From the IMG/VR virus record IMGVR_UViG_3300037042_002251: 64,000 nt of DNA. One strand, written 5' to 3'. Of this stretch, positions 17,707 to 27,605 are shown piece after piece. The position numbers were made by a program, and so were the translations under genes. The number at the start of each line of letters is the position of its first letter. Position 1 is the first letter of the stretch. The notes beneath the pieces were generated by a model, which saw only the letters and a program-made list of their open reading frames with translations, ran no database searches and was not told where the DNA came from. This DNA is from an uncultured virus (IMG/VR IMGVR_UViG_3300037042_002251) (taxonomy: Duplodnaviria > Heunggongvirae > Uroviricota > Caudoviricetes).

Positions 17707-19860
17707 ATGGCTCGTGGTGGTAGTCGCCGCAGGGGTGGTTCGATGCTTGAGGACGCGATGCCGAACAATGCGGCGTTGCGCGAAATCGACGAGGGAAGCG
17801 ACGAGAGCGAGGAGATTGGCGCTCCGCCCGAGGTGAACGACGACGAGTTCGACAACAACGAGGCGGACGACCTCAACAACCCGGACGTGACGCACCTTGG
17901 GGACAGCCCCCGGGTCGGTGGTGCACGCGGGCGCATGACGGACCTCTTCGGGGAGGAGGCCGAGTCTGCGGTGGGTCGTGCGACCTCGCCCCGCCTCTAC
18001 GCACAGGCCGCTCAGTTCCCCACGTGCGCGCAGTTGCGCGTGTGGCGCTGGGAGAACGGCATCCCGGTCGGTCTCGGGACCATCGACAGCACGGCCACGG
18101 AGGAGGACTTCGTTCGGCAGTTCCTCACGGCGATGCCGAAGCGTGCAGAGGGGCGAGCGCAGTTCAAGTTGCGCCCCATCGACATTCGTGGGCAGGAACT
18201 CGGGCAGGAGGTGACCATCGTCATCTCCGAGCACCACGCGACGCTCCGTGCGATGCGTGAGGCCGAGGCCGAGGAACGGGAGATGCGGGAACGAGGCGTT
18301 CCGTTCCCCCTCCCGCAGCCCTCCGGGACGGACATGGGCGGCGAGATGAGCCGAATGGTGGAGCACATGCTCGCCACGGCAGAGCAGCGCGCCCGTACGC
18401 TGGAGGAGAGCCTCGAAATGGAGCGTGAGCGTATGCGCTCGGAGGAACTCCGCCGTACGCAGGAGCGGGTTGACCTCGCGACGCAAGCCGCACAGGGCGT
18501 TCAATCCATCACCGACCGCTTGATGAAGGACGAGTCCCAGCGTGCGGAGCGTGCCATCAAGATGCAGCAGGAGCAGGGACAGTTGCTCGTGACCACCCTT
18601 ACCTCCATCTTCTCGCAGCAGATGTCCATGCAGCAGCAGGCATCGGAATCGGCTCGTCGTGGGGACGAGATGCGCCTTGAGCAGGAGCGCCAGCGTGCGG
18701 ACCGGGAGCGCCGTGAGGCCGAGGACCGCCGCCGTGCCGAGCGCGAGGAGTGGGAGTTCAAGCGCAAGCGCGAGCAGGAAGAGAACGACTACCGCATCCG
18801 TGTCGAGCGTGAGGAAGCGGAGCGCAAGATTCAGCGTGAGCGTGAGGAGTTGGAGCGCAAGGAGCGCCGCGAGAAGGACGAGCGGGAAGCCCGGGAGCGT
18901 TGGTTCTCCGAGGAACGTGCTCGTCGTGAGGAGCGTGAGGCTCGCGAGTCTCGGGAGCGTGAGGAGGCCCGCGCACGTCGCGAGTCCATCGAGCGCGAGG
19001 AACTGAAGGAGCGTGAGGCCGAGCGTCAGAGGCAGCACGACCTTCGGGTCAAGGAGATGGAGATTGCGGCAGCGCGTGAGCGTGAGCATCAGTTGCGCCT
19101 CCTCGAACTGTCCAAGGCACAGGAATCCGCGAAGGGTGGGGATGCTCTCTCCGCCGCTGCGACCATGATGTCGAAGTTCGGCATCGCTCCGGACCAGTTC
19201 CTCCCTCGTCTGTTTGGCATCATGCCGGGCGGAGAGGAGAAGGAGGAGACCGAGGAGAAGCCGTCTCCGTGGATGGCGATGATTCCTGCGGTTGTCGGGG
19301 CGCTCTCGGAGATGGCACGTGCGTCTGCTCAGGCACAGGCCGGGCAGGGTGCCGCACCGCCACAGGGTGGACCGGCTCCGCGTCCTCGTCCCCAGCCTCA
19401 GATTCCGCCCCCGACGCCTCGACAGGAGGGGCCGTATGCTTCGCCTCCGCAGCAGCAGAGGCGGGAGAAGGTGTTCGTGCCCCCGGCTCCCGTGGAGGAA
19501 GCCCCGGAGCGGGAGGCAGCGGTTTCCCCGACGCCACCCCCGCCGCCTGAACCGGCCAAGAAGTCCCTTTCGGAGATTGCCGCCGAAGCGGGCCTTCAGT
19601 TGAAGGGTCAGAAGGCGGCGCGGGTCGCTCTCCGTACGCTCGTACGCCAGTTGGCGTCGGAGCCCGAGGAGAAGTGGGAAGAACTCATCGCGATGGCCCT
19701 GACTGCGGAGTTCACCATCTACCACTACATCCGGGCCGTCACGGTCAAGGCTGCCATGCTCGAAGCGGGTGCGCCTCCGGACCTCGTTACCCGGGTCATC
19801 GAGGCGATGCGGCAGTCCTCGATGGTTCCCTCTGACCTTCCCTACGGAGACAGCGAATGA
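17707..19860 (+). CDS. large E/R-rich coiled-coil protein
   Basis: GGGAGG upstream; long charged helical centre and Pro-rich linker. Confidence 0.85.
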   Translation: MARGGSRRRGGSMLEDAMPNNAALREIDEGSDESEEIGAPPEVNDDEFDNNEADDLNNPDVTHLGDSPRVGGARGRMTDLFGEEAESAVGRATSPRLYAQAAQFPTCAQLRVWRWENGIPVGLGTIDSTATEEDFVRQFLTAMPKRAEGRAQFKLRPIDIRGQELGQEVTIVISEHHATLRAMREAEAEEREMRERGVPFPLPQPSGTDMGGEMSRMVEHMLATAEQRARTLEESLEMERERMRSEELRRTQERVDLATQAAQGVQSITDRLMKDESQRAERAIKMQQEQGQLLVTTLTSIFSQQMSMQQQASESARRGDEMRLEQERQRADRERREAEDRRRAEREEWEFKRKREQEENDYRIRVEREEAERKIQREREELERKERREKDEREARERWFSEERARREEREARESREREEARARRESIEREELKEREAERQRQHDLRVKEMEIAAAREREHQLRLLELSKAQESAKGGDALSAAATMMSKFGIAPDQFLPRLFGIMPGGEEKEETEEKPSPWMAMIPAVVGALSEMARASAQAQAGQGAAPPQGGPAPRPRPQPQIPPPTPRQEGPYASPPQQQRREKVFVPPAPVEEAPEREAAVSPTPPPPPEPAKKSLSEIAAEAGLQLKGQKAARVALRTLVRQLASEPEEKWEELIAMALTAEFTIYHYIRAVTVKAAMLEAGAPPDLVTRVIEAMRQSSMVPSDLPYGDSE

Positions 19861-20477
19861 AGTCCACCATCGAGTACACCGAGGCCGAGTTCATCGCCCT
19901 CCTCACGTTCGCGGAGAAGATTGCCGACCGGCTGATGGCCCAGTTGGACCGGGAGAACCGGGACTTCACGGCGACGTATACGGAGCCTGACCCGACGCCG
20001 GACATCGACACCTACGTCGCGTCGGTGACCTCTCCGATGGAGACCAACGAGTTTGGGTTCGCTGCACACAGCAGTCGGATGAAGGACATCCCGGTCCCGA
20101 CGGACACGCCCATCGCCCCCAAGAAGGACGGAGAACTTGTGGCTCGTGGCCATCAGTTCATGGCGGAGTTCATCGAGCGGTGGATGGTCAACCTCGGAGT
20201 GGACGGGGCAGAACAGCCCGACCGCGTGGAGTTGATGCGCGAACTCTCGAACGGCCCTTCAGCCGGGGCGGTGCTCATGTACCTCTCCGAGAAGGGCGGT
20301 CTTCTGCACGGTATCGACGCCATCGTGAACCTTCGGAACGCTGAGGGCGAGACCGAGCGCCGCGCGCGGGTGAACCTCCTCGGGACGACGATGTGCCAGA
20401 TTGGCAGCATCTTCTTCCCCGACATCGCCCAGATGTACGAGCACGTGGACATCTACCGCAAGAAGAAGGGGAAGTGA
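19857..20477 (+). CDS. hypothetical protein
   Basis: GGAG upstream; ATGA overlap. Confidence 0.8.
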   Translation: MKSTIEYTEAEFIALLTFAEKIADRLMAQLDRENRDFTATYTEPDPTPDIDTYVASVTSPMETNEFGFAAHSSRMKDIPVPTDTPIAPKKDGELVARGHQFMAEFIERWMVNLGVDGAEQPDRVELMRELSNGPSAGAVLMYLSEKGGLLHGIDAIVNLRNAEGETERRARVNLLGTTMCQIGSIFFPDIAQMYEHVDIYRKKKGK

Positions 20478-20884
20478 TGAGCATGTACGTGTGTGCCCTG
20501 TCGGGCAGCGAAGCCGAGGAAGAGGACATCCTCTCCGACCGTGAGGCGGACGAGTTGGGGTCGATGCCCCTCAACTGGACCCGGGTCACGCTGGAGCGGA
20601 GGCTCTACAACAACCGCTGGGTCGAGATTCAGCAGGCGAAGGCTGCTCTCGTCGAGGCGGCGATGGGGAACGTGCCGGAGGAGAATCAGGACATGGTTCG
20701 TCCGATGATTGCCCTTCAGATTGACGCGCAGTTCGCTGCGCTCGAAGCGGGCATCCCCAAGTACGAGAACTACTCCGAGGTGGTGTTCATCGCGCCCCCG
20801 GAGGAGAACAAGGTGCTGCGGGACGAGTTCTACGGCATCCGGGAGAAGTTGGGTCTGCCCATTGAAGGGGAAGAGGAGGAGTAA
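20477..20884 (+). CDS. hypothetical acidic protein
   Basis: TGATG overlap. Confidence 0.75.
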   Translation: MSMYVCALSGSEAEEEDILSDREADELGSMPLNWTRVTLERRLYNNRWVEIQQAKAALVEAAMGNVPEENQDMVRPMIALQIDAQFAALEAGIPKYENYSEVVFIAPPEENKVLRDEFYGIREKLGLPIEGEEEE

Positions 20885-21153
20885 TGTTCGGAGCGAAGGT
20901 GAAGATGGACCTGCCTCGGCTCAGTCCCGAGGTGGTTGCGGCGGTTCTGTCCGCCATGCAGGACGCGGAGAAGGTCCTTCCCGGTCGGTCTGGAGCCGAC
21001 AAGCGGGAGTGGGTCAAAATCAAGGTCGCGGAGGTCGCCAAGAAGATTGACCTCGGCAGCATCCCGTCGTGGCTTCACGACCCCGTGCGGGACGCCGTCG
21101 TGTTCGTCATCATCGAGGTGCTCTGGAACGTCGTCATCAAGAAGGCGGCGTGA
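20884..21153 (+). CDS. small protein with SGADK motif and hydrophobic C-terminus (weakly LL-H holin-like)
   Basis: GAGGAGG upstream; AEK..SGADKREW pattern. Confidence 0.55.
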   Translation: MFGAKVKMDLPRLSPEVVAAVLSAMQDAEKVLPGRSGADKREWVKIKVAEVAKKIDLGSIPSWLHDPVRDAVVFVIIEVLWNVVIKKAA

Positions 21154-21578
21154 AGAAGAAGCGGGGACCGAAGCCGCTGCTGTGCCCTCCGAGCGTGGAA
21201 GCCATGCTCGGGGTGGTAGCCGACCGCAACATCGCGAAGGAGACGGGCTTCTCGCACATCACCATCGCGAAGTGGCGACGTGAGCGGGACATCTCTCCGC
21301 TCCCTCGGGGCGGGGCGCACCGAAAGAAGGTTCACCGGCATCGTCTCTTCGGGCTCGTTCCCGATGCGGAGATTGCCGCTGCTGAGGGTGTCTCTCGGCA
21401 GCGCATCTCCAGCCAAAGGATTGAGGCTGAGGTTCCGGCTCCGCCCCACCTCACGGCGTACATGGCGTGGTCGTTCCTGATGCGTGTCGTGGACGAGGCG
21501 AAGGTCGGAGAGGAGAGCGCGACGATTTCGCTCGACCTGTTCCGGGCCATCGAGGGGTACATTCCCGCCAAGGCGTAG
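21150..21578 (+). CDS. tandem helix-turn-helix protein
   Basis: LGVVADRNIAKETGFSHITIAKWR and FGLVPDAEIAAAEGVSRQRISSQR. Confidence 0.7.
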   Translation: MKKKRGPKPLLCPPSVEAMLGVVADRNIAKETGFSHITIAKWRRERDISPLPRGGAHRKKVHRHRLFGLVPDAEIAAAEGVSRQRISSQRIEAEVPAPPHLTAYMAWSFLMRVVDEAKVGEESATISLDLFRAIEGYIPAKA

Positions 21579-21629
21579 CACTCTACCTGACCTCCGACCG
21601 CTGCCCGGCACCCGACGTTCGGGTAGTCT
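21576..21629 (+). promoter_or_regulatory. late-class promoter
   Basis: TAGCACTC at 21576; -10 TAGTCT starts 48 bp later. Confidence 0.65.
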
Positions 21630-21647
21630 GCAAAGGCCGGAGGTCGG

Positions 21648-22343
21648 ATGAACTGGGGCTCGTATCTCGGAACGCCTGTCGAGCGCATTTTCACCGATGC
21701 GCCGAAGGTCTACGACATGCCCGAGTTCGACGGGTATGGGGACCCGCGCAAGTTGGAGGTCATCTCCAAGATTGCGGAGAACGCGGGCCGTGACCCGAAG
21801 ATGGCGACCCTCGCGGTCAGCATCTTCCGTCAGAAGGGCATCAAGTCTCGTGACTACAAGGGACAGGCTGCCGCTCTGCTCCGTTGGGTGCAGGAGAACA
21901 TCTACTACGTCAATGAGCCGGACGAGCGGTTGCAGGAGCCGAACTACACCCTCAAGGTGAAGTACGGAGACTGCGACGACCTCGTCATTTTGCTGTACGC
22001 CCTGTGCCGCTCGGTGCGCCTCCCGGCCAAGTTGGTCATCTCCGGGACCAACGACGCGGGCAAGAAGTTCCGCTACCATCAGGGCGATTCCTTCCTCCCT
22101 CCGGCAGTTCGCTGGTCCCACATCTACATGATGGTCGGAGACCGCCCCTACGGACAGCCGAAGTGGCACTACGCGGAGCCGACCCTCAAGGTGCCTCTCG
22201 GGTGGGATGTCGTGTCCTCCAGCGGCAACTTCTTGCCGGAGATGTCCTACGGCAACACGGGCAGCCTGTTCACCCTTCCCCATCTCGCCACGCTCGCACT
22301 CGGCGCAGTCGTCGGCTACCACATCGCCAAGCGCAGCAAGTAG
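21648..22343 (+). CDS. transglutaminase-like cysteine protease with C-terminal membrane anchor
   Basis: WVQENIYYV..., GDCDD (Cys), SHIY (His), AEPT (acidic residue); C-terminal TM followed by KRSK. Confidence 0.82.
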   Translation: MNWGSYLGTPVERIFTDAPKVYDMPEFDGYGDPRKLEVISKIAENAGRDPKMATLAVSIFRQKGIKSRDYKGQAAALLRWVQENIYYVNEPDERLQEPNYTLKVKYGDCDDLVILLYALCRSVRLPAKLVISGTNDAGKKFRYHQGDSFLPPAVRWSHIYMMVGDRPYGQPKWHYAEPTLKVPLGWDVVSSSGNFLPEMSYGNTGSLFTLPHLATLALGAVVGYHIAKRSK

Positions 22344-22352
22344 GAGCAACCA

Positions 22353-23774
22353 ATGGCCGGACTTCCCATGACCCAGCGCCCCCTTGAAGAGGATGAGGGC
22401 CGTACTCCCTACGTCGGAGACCCCCGGAACCGTCCTCGTCTCGGTGGGCGCTACCTCGGGATGCAGCAGGGTGGCGGTGGTTCGGGCTCCGCAAGTGGTG
22501 GCGGTAGTTTCCCTTCGCCGCTGGCGTCGGGTTCGCAGTTGCGTGGCGCTCGTGGAGCGCAGGGCGCGCAGTCCGCGGAGGCCGACCGCAACGTGCCGGG
22601 TATCTACCCGACCCGTCCGTCCTTCCCCCGCACGTACCAGCAGGAGAAGGAGCGGTTCATCTTCCCGCAGACCTACAACTTCCACGCCCAGCAGAGCGGC
22701 AGCGGAAGGGGTTTTCCGGGCGGTTTCCAGCCTTACTCTACGATTCCGGAGCGTCCGCGCACGGGTGGCGGTGGCCGTCGCCTTCCCGAGTACTTCACCC
22801 GTCCCGACCGCGCGGAGCAGGGTGGTGGTCGTCGCCTCCCGGAGTACTTCACGCGTCCCCAGCAGGGCGGGGGCTCGTTCCACCAGCAGCAGCGTCTCCC
22901 GGACTACTTCACGCGTCCGCGTCAGGTCGAGCCGCGCGTTCGTCCCTACGTGATGCCGAAGTTGACGCCGCAGCAGCCCTTCATCGGGATGCGCCCGACG
23001 CAGCCCCGTGTTGGAGCGAAGCCGCTTCCCATCCTGCCGTACCGCCCGCGTCAGCACATCGAGACCCGTGACATCATCCCGATGCTGCCGGTCGAGCCGA
23101 ACGTGCAGATGCTCCTCCAGCAGGGCTACCTCCGTCTCCCCCGTGTTGGTGGGACGATGGGGCGTTTCGGTGTTCGTCCGCCGAACCCGGGGCGCTTTCA
23201 GGGTATGAAGCCCGAGTCGTTCAACCCTCCGCAGTTGGGCCGTCGTCGTGGCGAGGTTGATTCCGCGACGGTCAAGGCTGGCGGCGTCGTCGTCATCCTC
23301 ACCGACCGCTCCGGCAAGGTGCTCATGCTCCAGCGTGGGCCGGAGCAGGAGTGGATGGGTGGTGCGTTCGACCTGCCCGCCATGAAGACCCCGACCTACC
23401 TGCCGTCCCGCCCCTTCGCGGTGCAGGCTGTGCAGGCGGAGACGGGACTCGTCATGGGTGAGCAGAACCTCAAGTGCCTGTTCACGGCGTACCACCCGGA
23501 GGCGGGCGAGGTGGCCTTCTTCCACGGTGTCGTCGAGCCGGGTCTGGAGAACGGCATCGCCGTCAATCCCCCGGAGCACGTCGGGTACATGTGGGTTGAC
23601 CTCGCTCGCGACAACGACATCGAGGGCGTCCCCTACATGGACCTCGTGACGTACGTCATGTCGGAGGAGAAGATGCTCGGGGTGTCGAACTACGGCGCGG
23701 ACGAGAAGACCGGGCCGAGCATGACCCCGCTGTACGTCCTCGGAGCGATTGCTCTCATCCTCGCCACGATGTGA
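22353..23774 (+). CDS. P/Q/R/G-rich protein with degenerate Nudix-fold domain and C-terminal TM
   Basis: GGVVVILTDRSGKVLMLQR...FDLP...AETGL...EHVGYMWV; three RLP(E/D)YFTRP repeats. Confidence 0.75.
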   Translation: MAGLPMTQRPLEEDEGRTPYVGDPRNRPRLGGRYLGMQQGGGGSGSASGGGSFPSPLASGSQLRGARGAQGAQSAEADRNVPGIYPTRPSFPRTYQQEKERFIFPQTYNFHAQQSGSGRGFPGGFQPYSTIPERPRTGGGGRRLPEYFTRPDRAEQGGGRRLPEYFTRPQQGGGSFHQQQRLPDYFTRPRQVEPRVRPYVMPKLTPQQPFIGMRPTQPRVGAKPLPILPYRPRQHIETRDIIPMLPVEPNVQMLLQQGYLRLPRVGGTMGRFGVRPPNPGRFQGMKPESFNPPQLGRRRGEVDSATVKAGGVVVILTDRSGKVLMLQRGPEQEWMGGAFDLPAMKTPTYLPSRPFAVQAVQAETGLVMGEQNLKCLFTAYHPEAGEVAFFHGVVEPGLENGIAVNPPEHVGYMWVDLARDNDIEGVPYMDLVTYVMSEEKMLGVSNYGADEKTGPSMTPLYVLGAIALILATM

Positions 23775-23778
23775 GTGC

Positions 23779-24021
23779 ATGACCTACCGCTTCAATCCAT
23801 CCCAGTTCTCAGGGGGCCGTACCGGCGCGATGGTCGGTGGGGCCGCTTCGGCTGCGGGCATGTTGGATTCGGACATGAAGCGGGACCGTCGCGGTCTGTT
23901 CGGGGTCGATTGGCACGACGTGGCGACCTCCGTACTCGTCGGAACGGTTACGGCTGTCACGACCCAAATCTTCCTCGACATCATTGAGCGGCGTCGCGAG
24001 GACGCGAAGGCAAAGAAATGA
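23779..24021 (+). CDS. small membrane protein
   Basis: Hydrophobic segments; begins MTYRFNP. Confidence 0.65.
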   Translation: MTYRFNPSQFSGGRTGAMVGGAASAAGMLDSDMKRDRRGLFGVDWHDVATSVLVGTVTAVTTQIFLDIIERRREDAKAKK

Positions 24022-26645
24022 GCAACTACAAGAAGTTGGGGGGCAAGAAGTTGTCTCCGGTGCGTCGCTCGTCTGTCGCGATGGCTCACTCCTTGCGTGG
24101 TGGGGCGGGTGCGGGTCTGCATCGGGACAAGTCGAAGTACACCCGGAAGTCCAAGCACAAGAAGCGCCTAAACCCCGGCCCTCCGGCGGGGATGCCCGAA
24201 GCGAAGTGGCTCTCCTCCATCAACACGATGAAGGAGGACATTCGTGCGAACCTCGGAGCCGCCATCAAGAAGGCTCAGGAGAAGCACGGCATCTTCACCA
24301 AGACCCGTCCGAACGGGGAAAAGTACGAGGACTCGTCTCCGTGGCCGATAGCGCAGGGTCGCCTCGGGCTCATCATGGCGTCGTCGCCCCATGCGGCCCT
24401 TGCGGAGGACGCTCTCATCTTCGAGGATTCGGGTGAAGTTCGTCCTGCCGCCAACATCGTCAACAGCATCATGTCTCCGGTGTTTGGGGACGCCCTGAAG
24501 GACGAGGAGGTCCGTGACCTCTACGACATGGGCGTTTCGGCTCTGACCGAGAAGATTGACATGCTCCGGGCCCCCGCCATCGAAGTCATCACCTCGGGTG
24601 AGGCCGCTCTGGAAGAGGATGAAGCGGAGGAGGATGAGGAGATGCTCAAGGCACGCCTCATCGCCAAGGCGAAGGCTGCCGGAGAGGAAGAGTTGGCAGA
24701 GGGCATCAAGCGCGGGCTCATCGAAATCGAGGACGCCGAGGAGATGCTCGCTGGAGTGGAAGAGGAAGAGGTCGCGGGGGGTGAACCCGAGGCCAAGACC
24801 GAGCCCACTCCGCAGAAGTCCGGTGCCCGTGCCCCGCGTACTCCCCGTACGGAGACCCAGCAGAAGCGGGGTCAGGAGCGGGCAGAGCGTTCGGCCTCCT
24901 CGCTGCGGGTCGGTAAGGAGAAGCAGACCATCCCCGACGAGCCCACGCGTGCTCGGGGCGTCCCTCTGGAGTTGGAGCGGTTCATCGTCCACCGTCGCGA
25001 CATCGCGGCAGGACCGAGCGCCGACATCCTCAACCGTGTTCGCTCCGACGTTCTGCTGTGGGCCCTCGACAACGGGCACACGCAGGTCTGGGCGAAGGGC
25101 TCCTGCATCGCGACGTTCGAGGCGTCCGGGTCGGGCAAGTCCTCTCCGCAGATTGCCGCGCAGTACGCCGCCGAGTGGCGTCGTGGCAAGAAGTCCCGCT
25201 ACTCGGCCCGCATTTGGGTCGGAGTGCAGGGCAACAGCGACATCGTGATGAAGGCGGACAGCCTCGAAGCGGCGGCTCGCAAGGCGGCTCCCGTCGGGAC
25301 CCCCGAGCAGGTCGCGGAGAGCATCAAGGTCAACCCCCGCTACCGGCACAACGCCAAGATGGAGCGTGTGTGGGGCGGAGTGCGGTTCAACGTCGGGTAC
25401 CTCTCGGCAGACGCTCTTCGGCGCACCGCTCGTCGTGAGCGTGAGGCGGAAGAGTTGGCTCTCCTCGAAGCGGAGAGTGCGATGCGGGAGGCCGACCGTC
25501 GCCGTCAGCGTGGACTGACCCGTAAAATCAAGCCCGTCCTCTCCCGTGCGTACCTCGAAGCGAAGGGTATGCCGCGTCGCAACCCCGGAGAACCGATGAA
25601 GTGGGTTCGCTACCACGACGACCGGGACGAGGGCTATGTCCTTGACCCCGAGGGCGAAATCTTCAGCCTCACGATGCCGGGCGTCGGTACGGTCGAGATG
25701 TTCAAGACCGAGCGTTCCCGGTACATGGGCAAGGCCACACCTGCGTTCTGGACGGTTGACCTCTACTACGATGACGGAGTCCGCCCTACTCGCAGGGAGA
25801 CGGCAAACAACTTCGCCACGGCCCAGCGTTTGGCGAAGAAGATGCTCTCTACGCGCCCTAACCCCTTCGACCTCAAGGGCATCTTCGGCTCGGCAAAGAA
25901 GCACGGAGAAAACGCGGCACGGCTGGCGAAGGTCGCCGCGACCAAGGCGCAGATTGCAGCAGAGCGGTCTCGCTATCGCGACGCCTACAACACTCTCGAC
26001 ATGACCTACACGGAGATTGTCGAGGCGGCTCGCCGTGGTGACAAGCGCGCCGAGGAAGCGGAGGAGGCCGTCCTCGCGGACGTTCTCGGTCTCGATGCTG
26101 GGTGGAAGGGCAATCGTAAGGCCGTCCTCTCGCGCCTCAAGGCGGGGAAGGCCGGTATCTTCGGCCTCGAAGCGCAACTCCGTGAGTTGGAACAGCGGAA
26201 GAACCCTCGGCGTCGCAACCCGGCGGAGTACCCCGGCATCACGCTCATCTGGAGGCCCACTCCGGGGATGCAGGGCGAGTCCAAGTTCTTCCCGGCGTAC
26301 ACGGACATTCGCGAGTCCGTCGTCATGGCGGAGTACCGGGAAGCAGCCGAGGCGGCGTTGAAGACCGTTAGGGCCAACAAGCACTTCCCGGAGATTGAAG
26401 TGACCCTCGCTTCGGGCCTCGCCATCAAGAAGGACCTGCCGTGGTTGGAGCAGAGCGCGAAGTACGGCGTTCGTTCGACCGTTCAGGCTTCCCAGACCAC
26501 CTCCGCTATTCGGAAGGCTGTGGGTCTGCGTGAGAACCCCAAGGCGTCCCTGCCGTCCATCTCCGGTCGGATGCCCAAGCCCTACCAGACGCGGCTTCCC
26601 TCCATCTACATCCCGGTCAACGCGCCGAAGAAGAGGAAGAAGTGA
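24018..26645 (+). CDS. large NP-motif protein (candidate core polyprotein)
   Basis: 875 aa; seven Asn-Pro motifs, each with K/R two residues upstream. Confidence 0.85.
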   Translation: MSNYKKLGGKKLSPVRRSSVAMAHSLRGGAGAGLHRDKSKYTRKSKHKKRLNPGPPAGMPEAKWLSSINTMKEDIRANLGAAIKKAQEKHGIFTKTRPNGEKYEDSSPWPIAQGRLGLIMASSPHAALAEDALIFEDSGEVRPAANIVNSIMSPVFGDALKDEEVRDLYDMGVSALTEKIDMLRAPAIEVITSGEAALEEDEAEEDEEMLKARLIAKAKAAGEEELAEGIKRGLIEIEDAEEMLAGVEEEEVAGGEPEAKTEPTPQKSGARAPRTPRTETQQKRGQERAERSASSLRVGKEKQTIPDEPTRARGVPLELERFIVHRRDIAAGPSADILNRVRSDVLLWALDNGHTQVWAKGSCIATFEASGSGKSSPQIAAQYAAEWRRGKKSRYSARIWVGVQGNSDIVMKADSLEAAARKAAPVGTPEQVAESIKVNPRYRHNAKMERVWGGVRFNVGYLSADALRRTARREREAEELALLEAESAMREADRRRQRGLTRKIKPVLSRAYLEAKGMPRRNPGEPMKWVRYHDDRDEGYVLDPEGEIFSLTMPGVGTVEMFKTERSRYMGKATPAFWTVDLYYDDGVRPTRRETANNFATAQRLAKKMLSTRPNPFDLKGIFGSAKKHGENAARLAKVAATKAQIAAERSRYRDAYNTLDMTYTEIVEAARRGDKRAEEAEEAVLADVLGLDAGWKGNRKAVLSRLKAGKAGIFGLEAQLRELEQRKNPRRRNPAEYPGITLIWRPTPGMQGESKFFPAYTDIRESVVMAEYREAAEAALKTVRANKHFPEIEVTLASGLAIKKDLPWLEQSAKYGVRSTVQASQTTSAIRKAVGLRENPKASLPSISGRMPKPYQTRLPSIYIPVNAPKKRKK

Positions 26646-27208
26646 AGGCTCCGTACCGTTTCGTCCCACAGGGGTCCAAGTTCGCTCAGTTGGAGCGCGG
26701 AGTTCCGACGGGCAAGACCTACGCTTCTTTCGAGGCCGCTCGCACCGAGACGCTCCGGCTCAACGATGCGTGGCGGGCCGAGGGGGCGAAGAAGGCCACC
26801 CCGGCTCGCCGTCGCAACTACGCGGGCGCGGCGACCACGAACTACCTGCGCGGCCTTCGACCCGGACAGGTGGAGCGGCTGGTGCGCGAGGGCTCCCTCG
26901 ACATCACCTACTCCGACATCGGCAACGGCTACCACACCGTGACCCTGTTTGAGCAGGGTCAGGGCGAGAACTACCGGCAGGTGGAGGCCAAGTGGTTCGT
27001 GAAGGGCGACGACGCATGGTACGACCTCTCGCTGGGCCTGCGGAACGGCAAGGTGGACCCCTCGACCGCTGATGTGTTCCTCGGCCCGAGCCGTTGGGAC
27101 AAGCGCGAGCGCGAGGAGCAAACTCGTGCGGCGGCGAAGCGCAAGGGCATAAACATCGCGGAGACCTACCACTACTTCAACAATCCGAAGGGTCGCCGTT
27201 CGCGTTGA
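26642..27208 (+). CDS. basic hypothetical protein
   Basis: GTGA overlap; RRRNY and NNPKGRRSR. Confidence 0.75.
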   Translation: MKAPYRFVPQGSKFAQLERGVPTGKTYASFEAARTETLRLNDAWRAEGAKKATPARRRNYAGAATTNYLRGLRPGQVERLVREGSLDITYSDIGNGYHTVTLFEQGQGENYRQVEAKWFVKGDDAWYDLSLGLRNGKVDPSTADVFLGPSRWDKREREEQTRAAAKRKGINIAETYHYFNNPKGRRSR

Positions 27209-27233
27209 CGAAGTGACATGCGGAGACTAGGTT
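27205..27233 (+). promoter_or_regulatory. sigma70-type promoter, probably leaderless
   Basis: TTGACG-N17-TAGGTT; ATG 6 nt after the -10. Confidence 0.65.
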
Positions 27234-27239
27234 CGCCGC

Positions 27240-27605
27240 ATGTCAAACCACGTCGAAATCGAAGAGTTCTTCTCGCCCGAGCGTGTCGAGTGGGCCTACC
27301 GCATGGCGTGCCGGGCGCAGAAGGACCAGCGTCAGCGTTTTGCCGACATGGCGATGCGCGCTGCTCACGCCCGCGACCCGAAGTTGCTCAAGGCGATGGA
27401 GAAGGGCGCGGAAATCATCACGAAGATGGACGAGGAGCAGCGGGGCCGTACTCGCCGCATGGCAGACAACCTGTCCGAGCAGACCGAGACCACGGAGACC
27501 CAGTTGTGGCGTGAGTCGTACCGTCTGATGGACGAGGGTCGCCCCATCCGGAACTTCGAGTGGCTCTACCTCGCGGGCATGTACCTCGCCGGTCACGTCG
27601 TCTGA
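27240..27605 (+). CDS. hypothetical helical protein
   Basis: ORF begins at the predicted transcription start. Confidence 0.75.
   Translation: MSNHVEIEEFFSPERVEWAYRMACRAQKDQRQRFADMAMRAAHARDPKLLKAMEKGAEIITKMDEEQRGRTRRMADNLSEQTETTETQLWRESYRLMDEGRPIRNFEWLYLAGMYLAGHVV

Noticed and set aside
17707..19860. Tail tape-measure protein
   Set aside because: Highly charged E/R composition and no neighbouring tail tube, chaperone or baseplate genes.
21075..26669. Very long minus-strand ORFs (21075-23780, 24168-26669; also 17617-19725, 33111-34682, 40487-42043, 49670-51499)
   Set aside because: Antisense shadows of GC-rich + strand genes, with no SD, no motifs and atypical composition.
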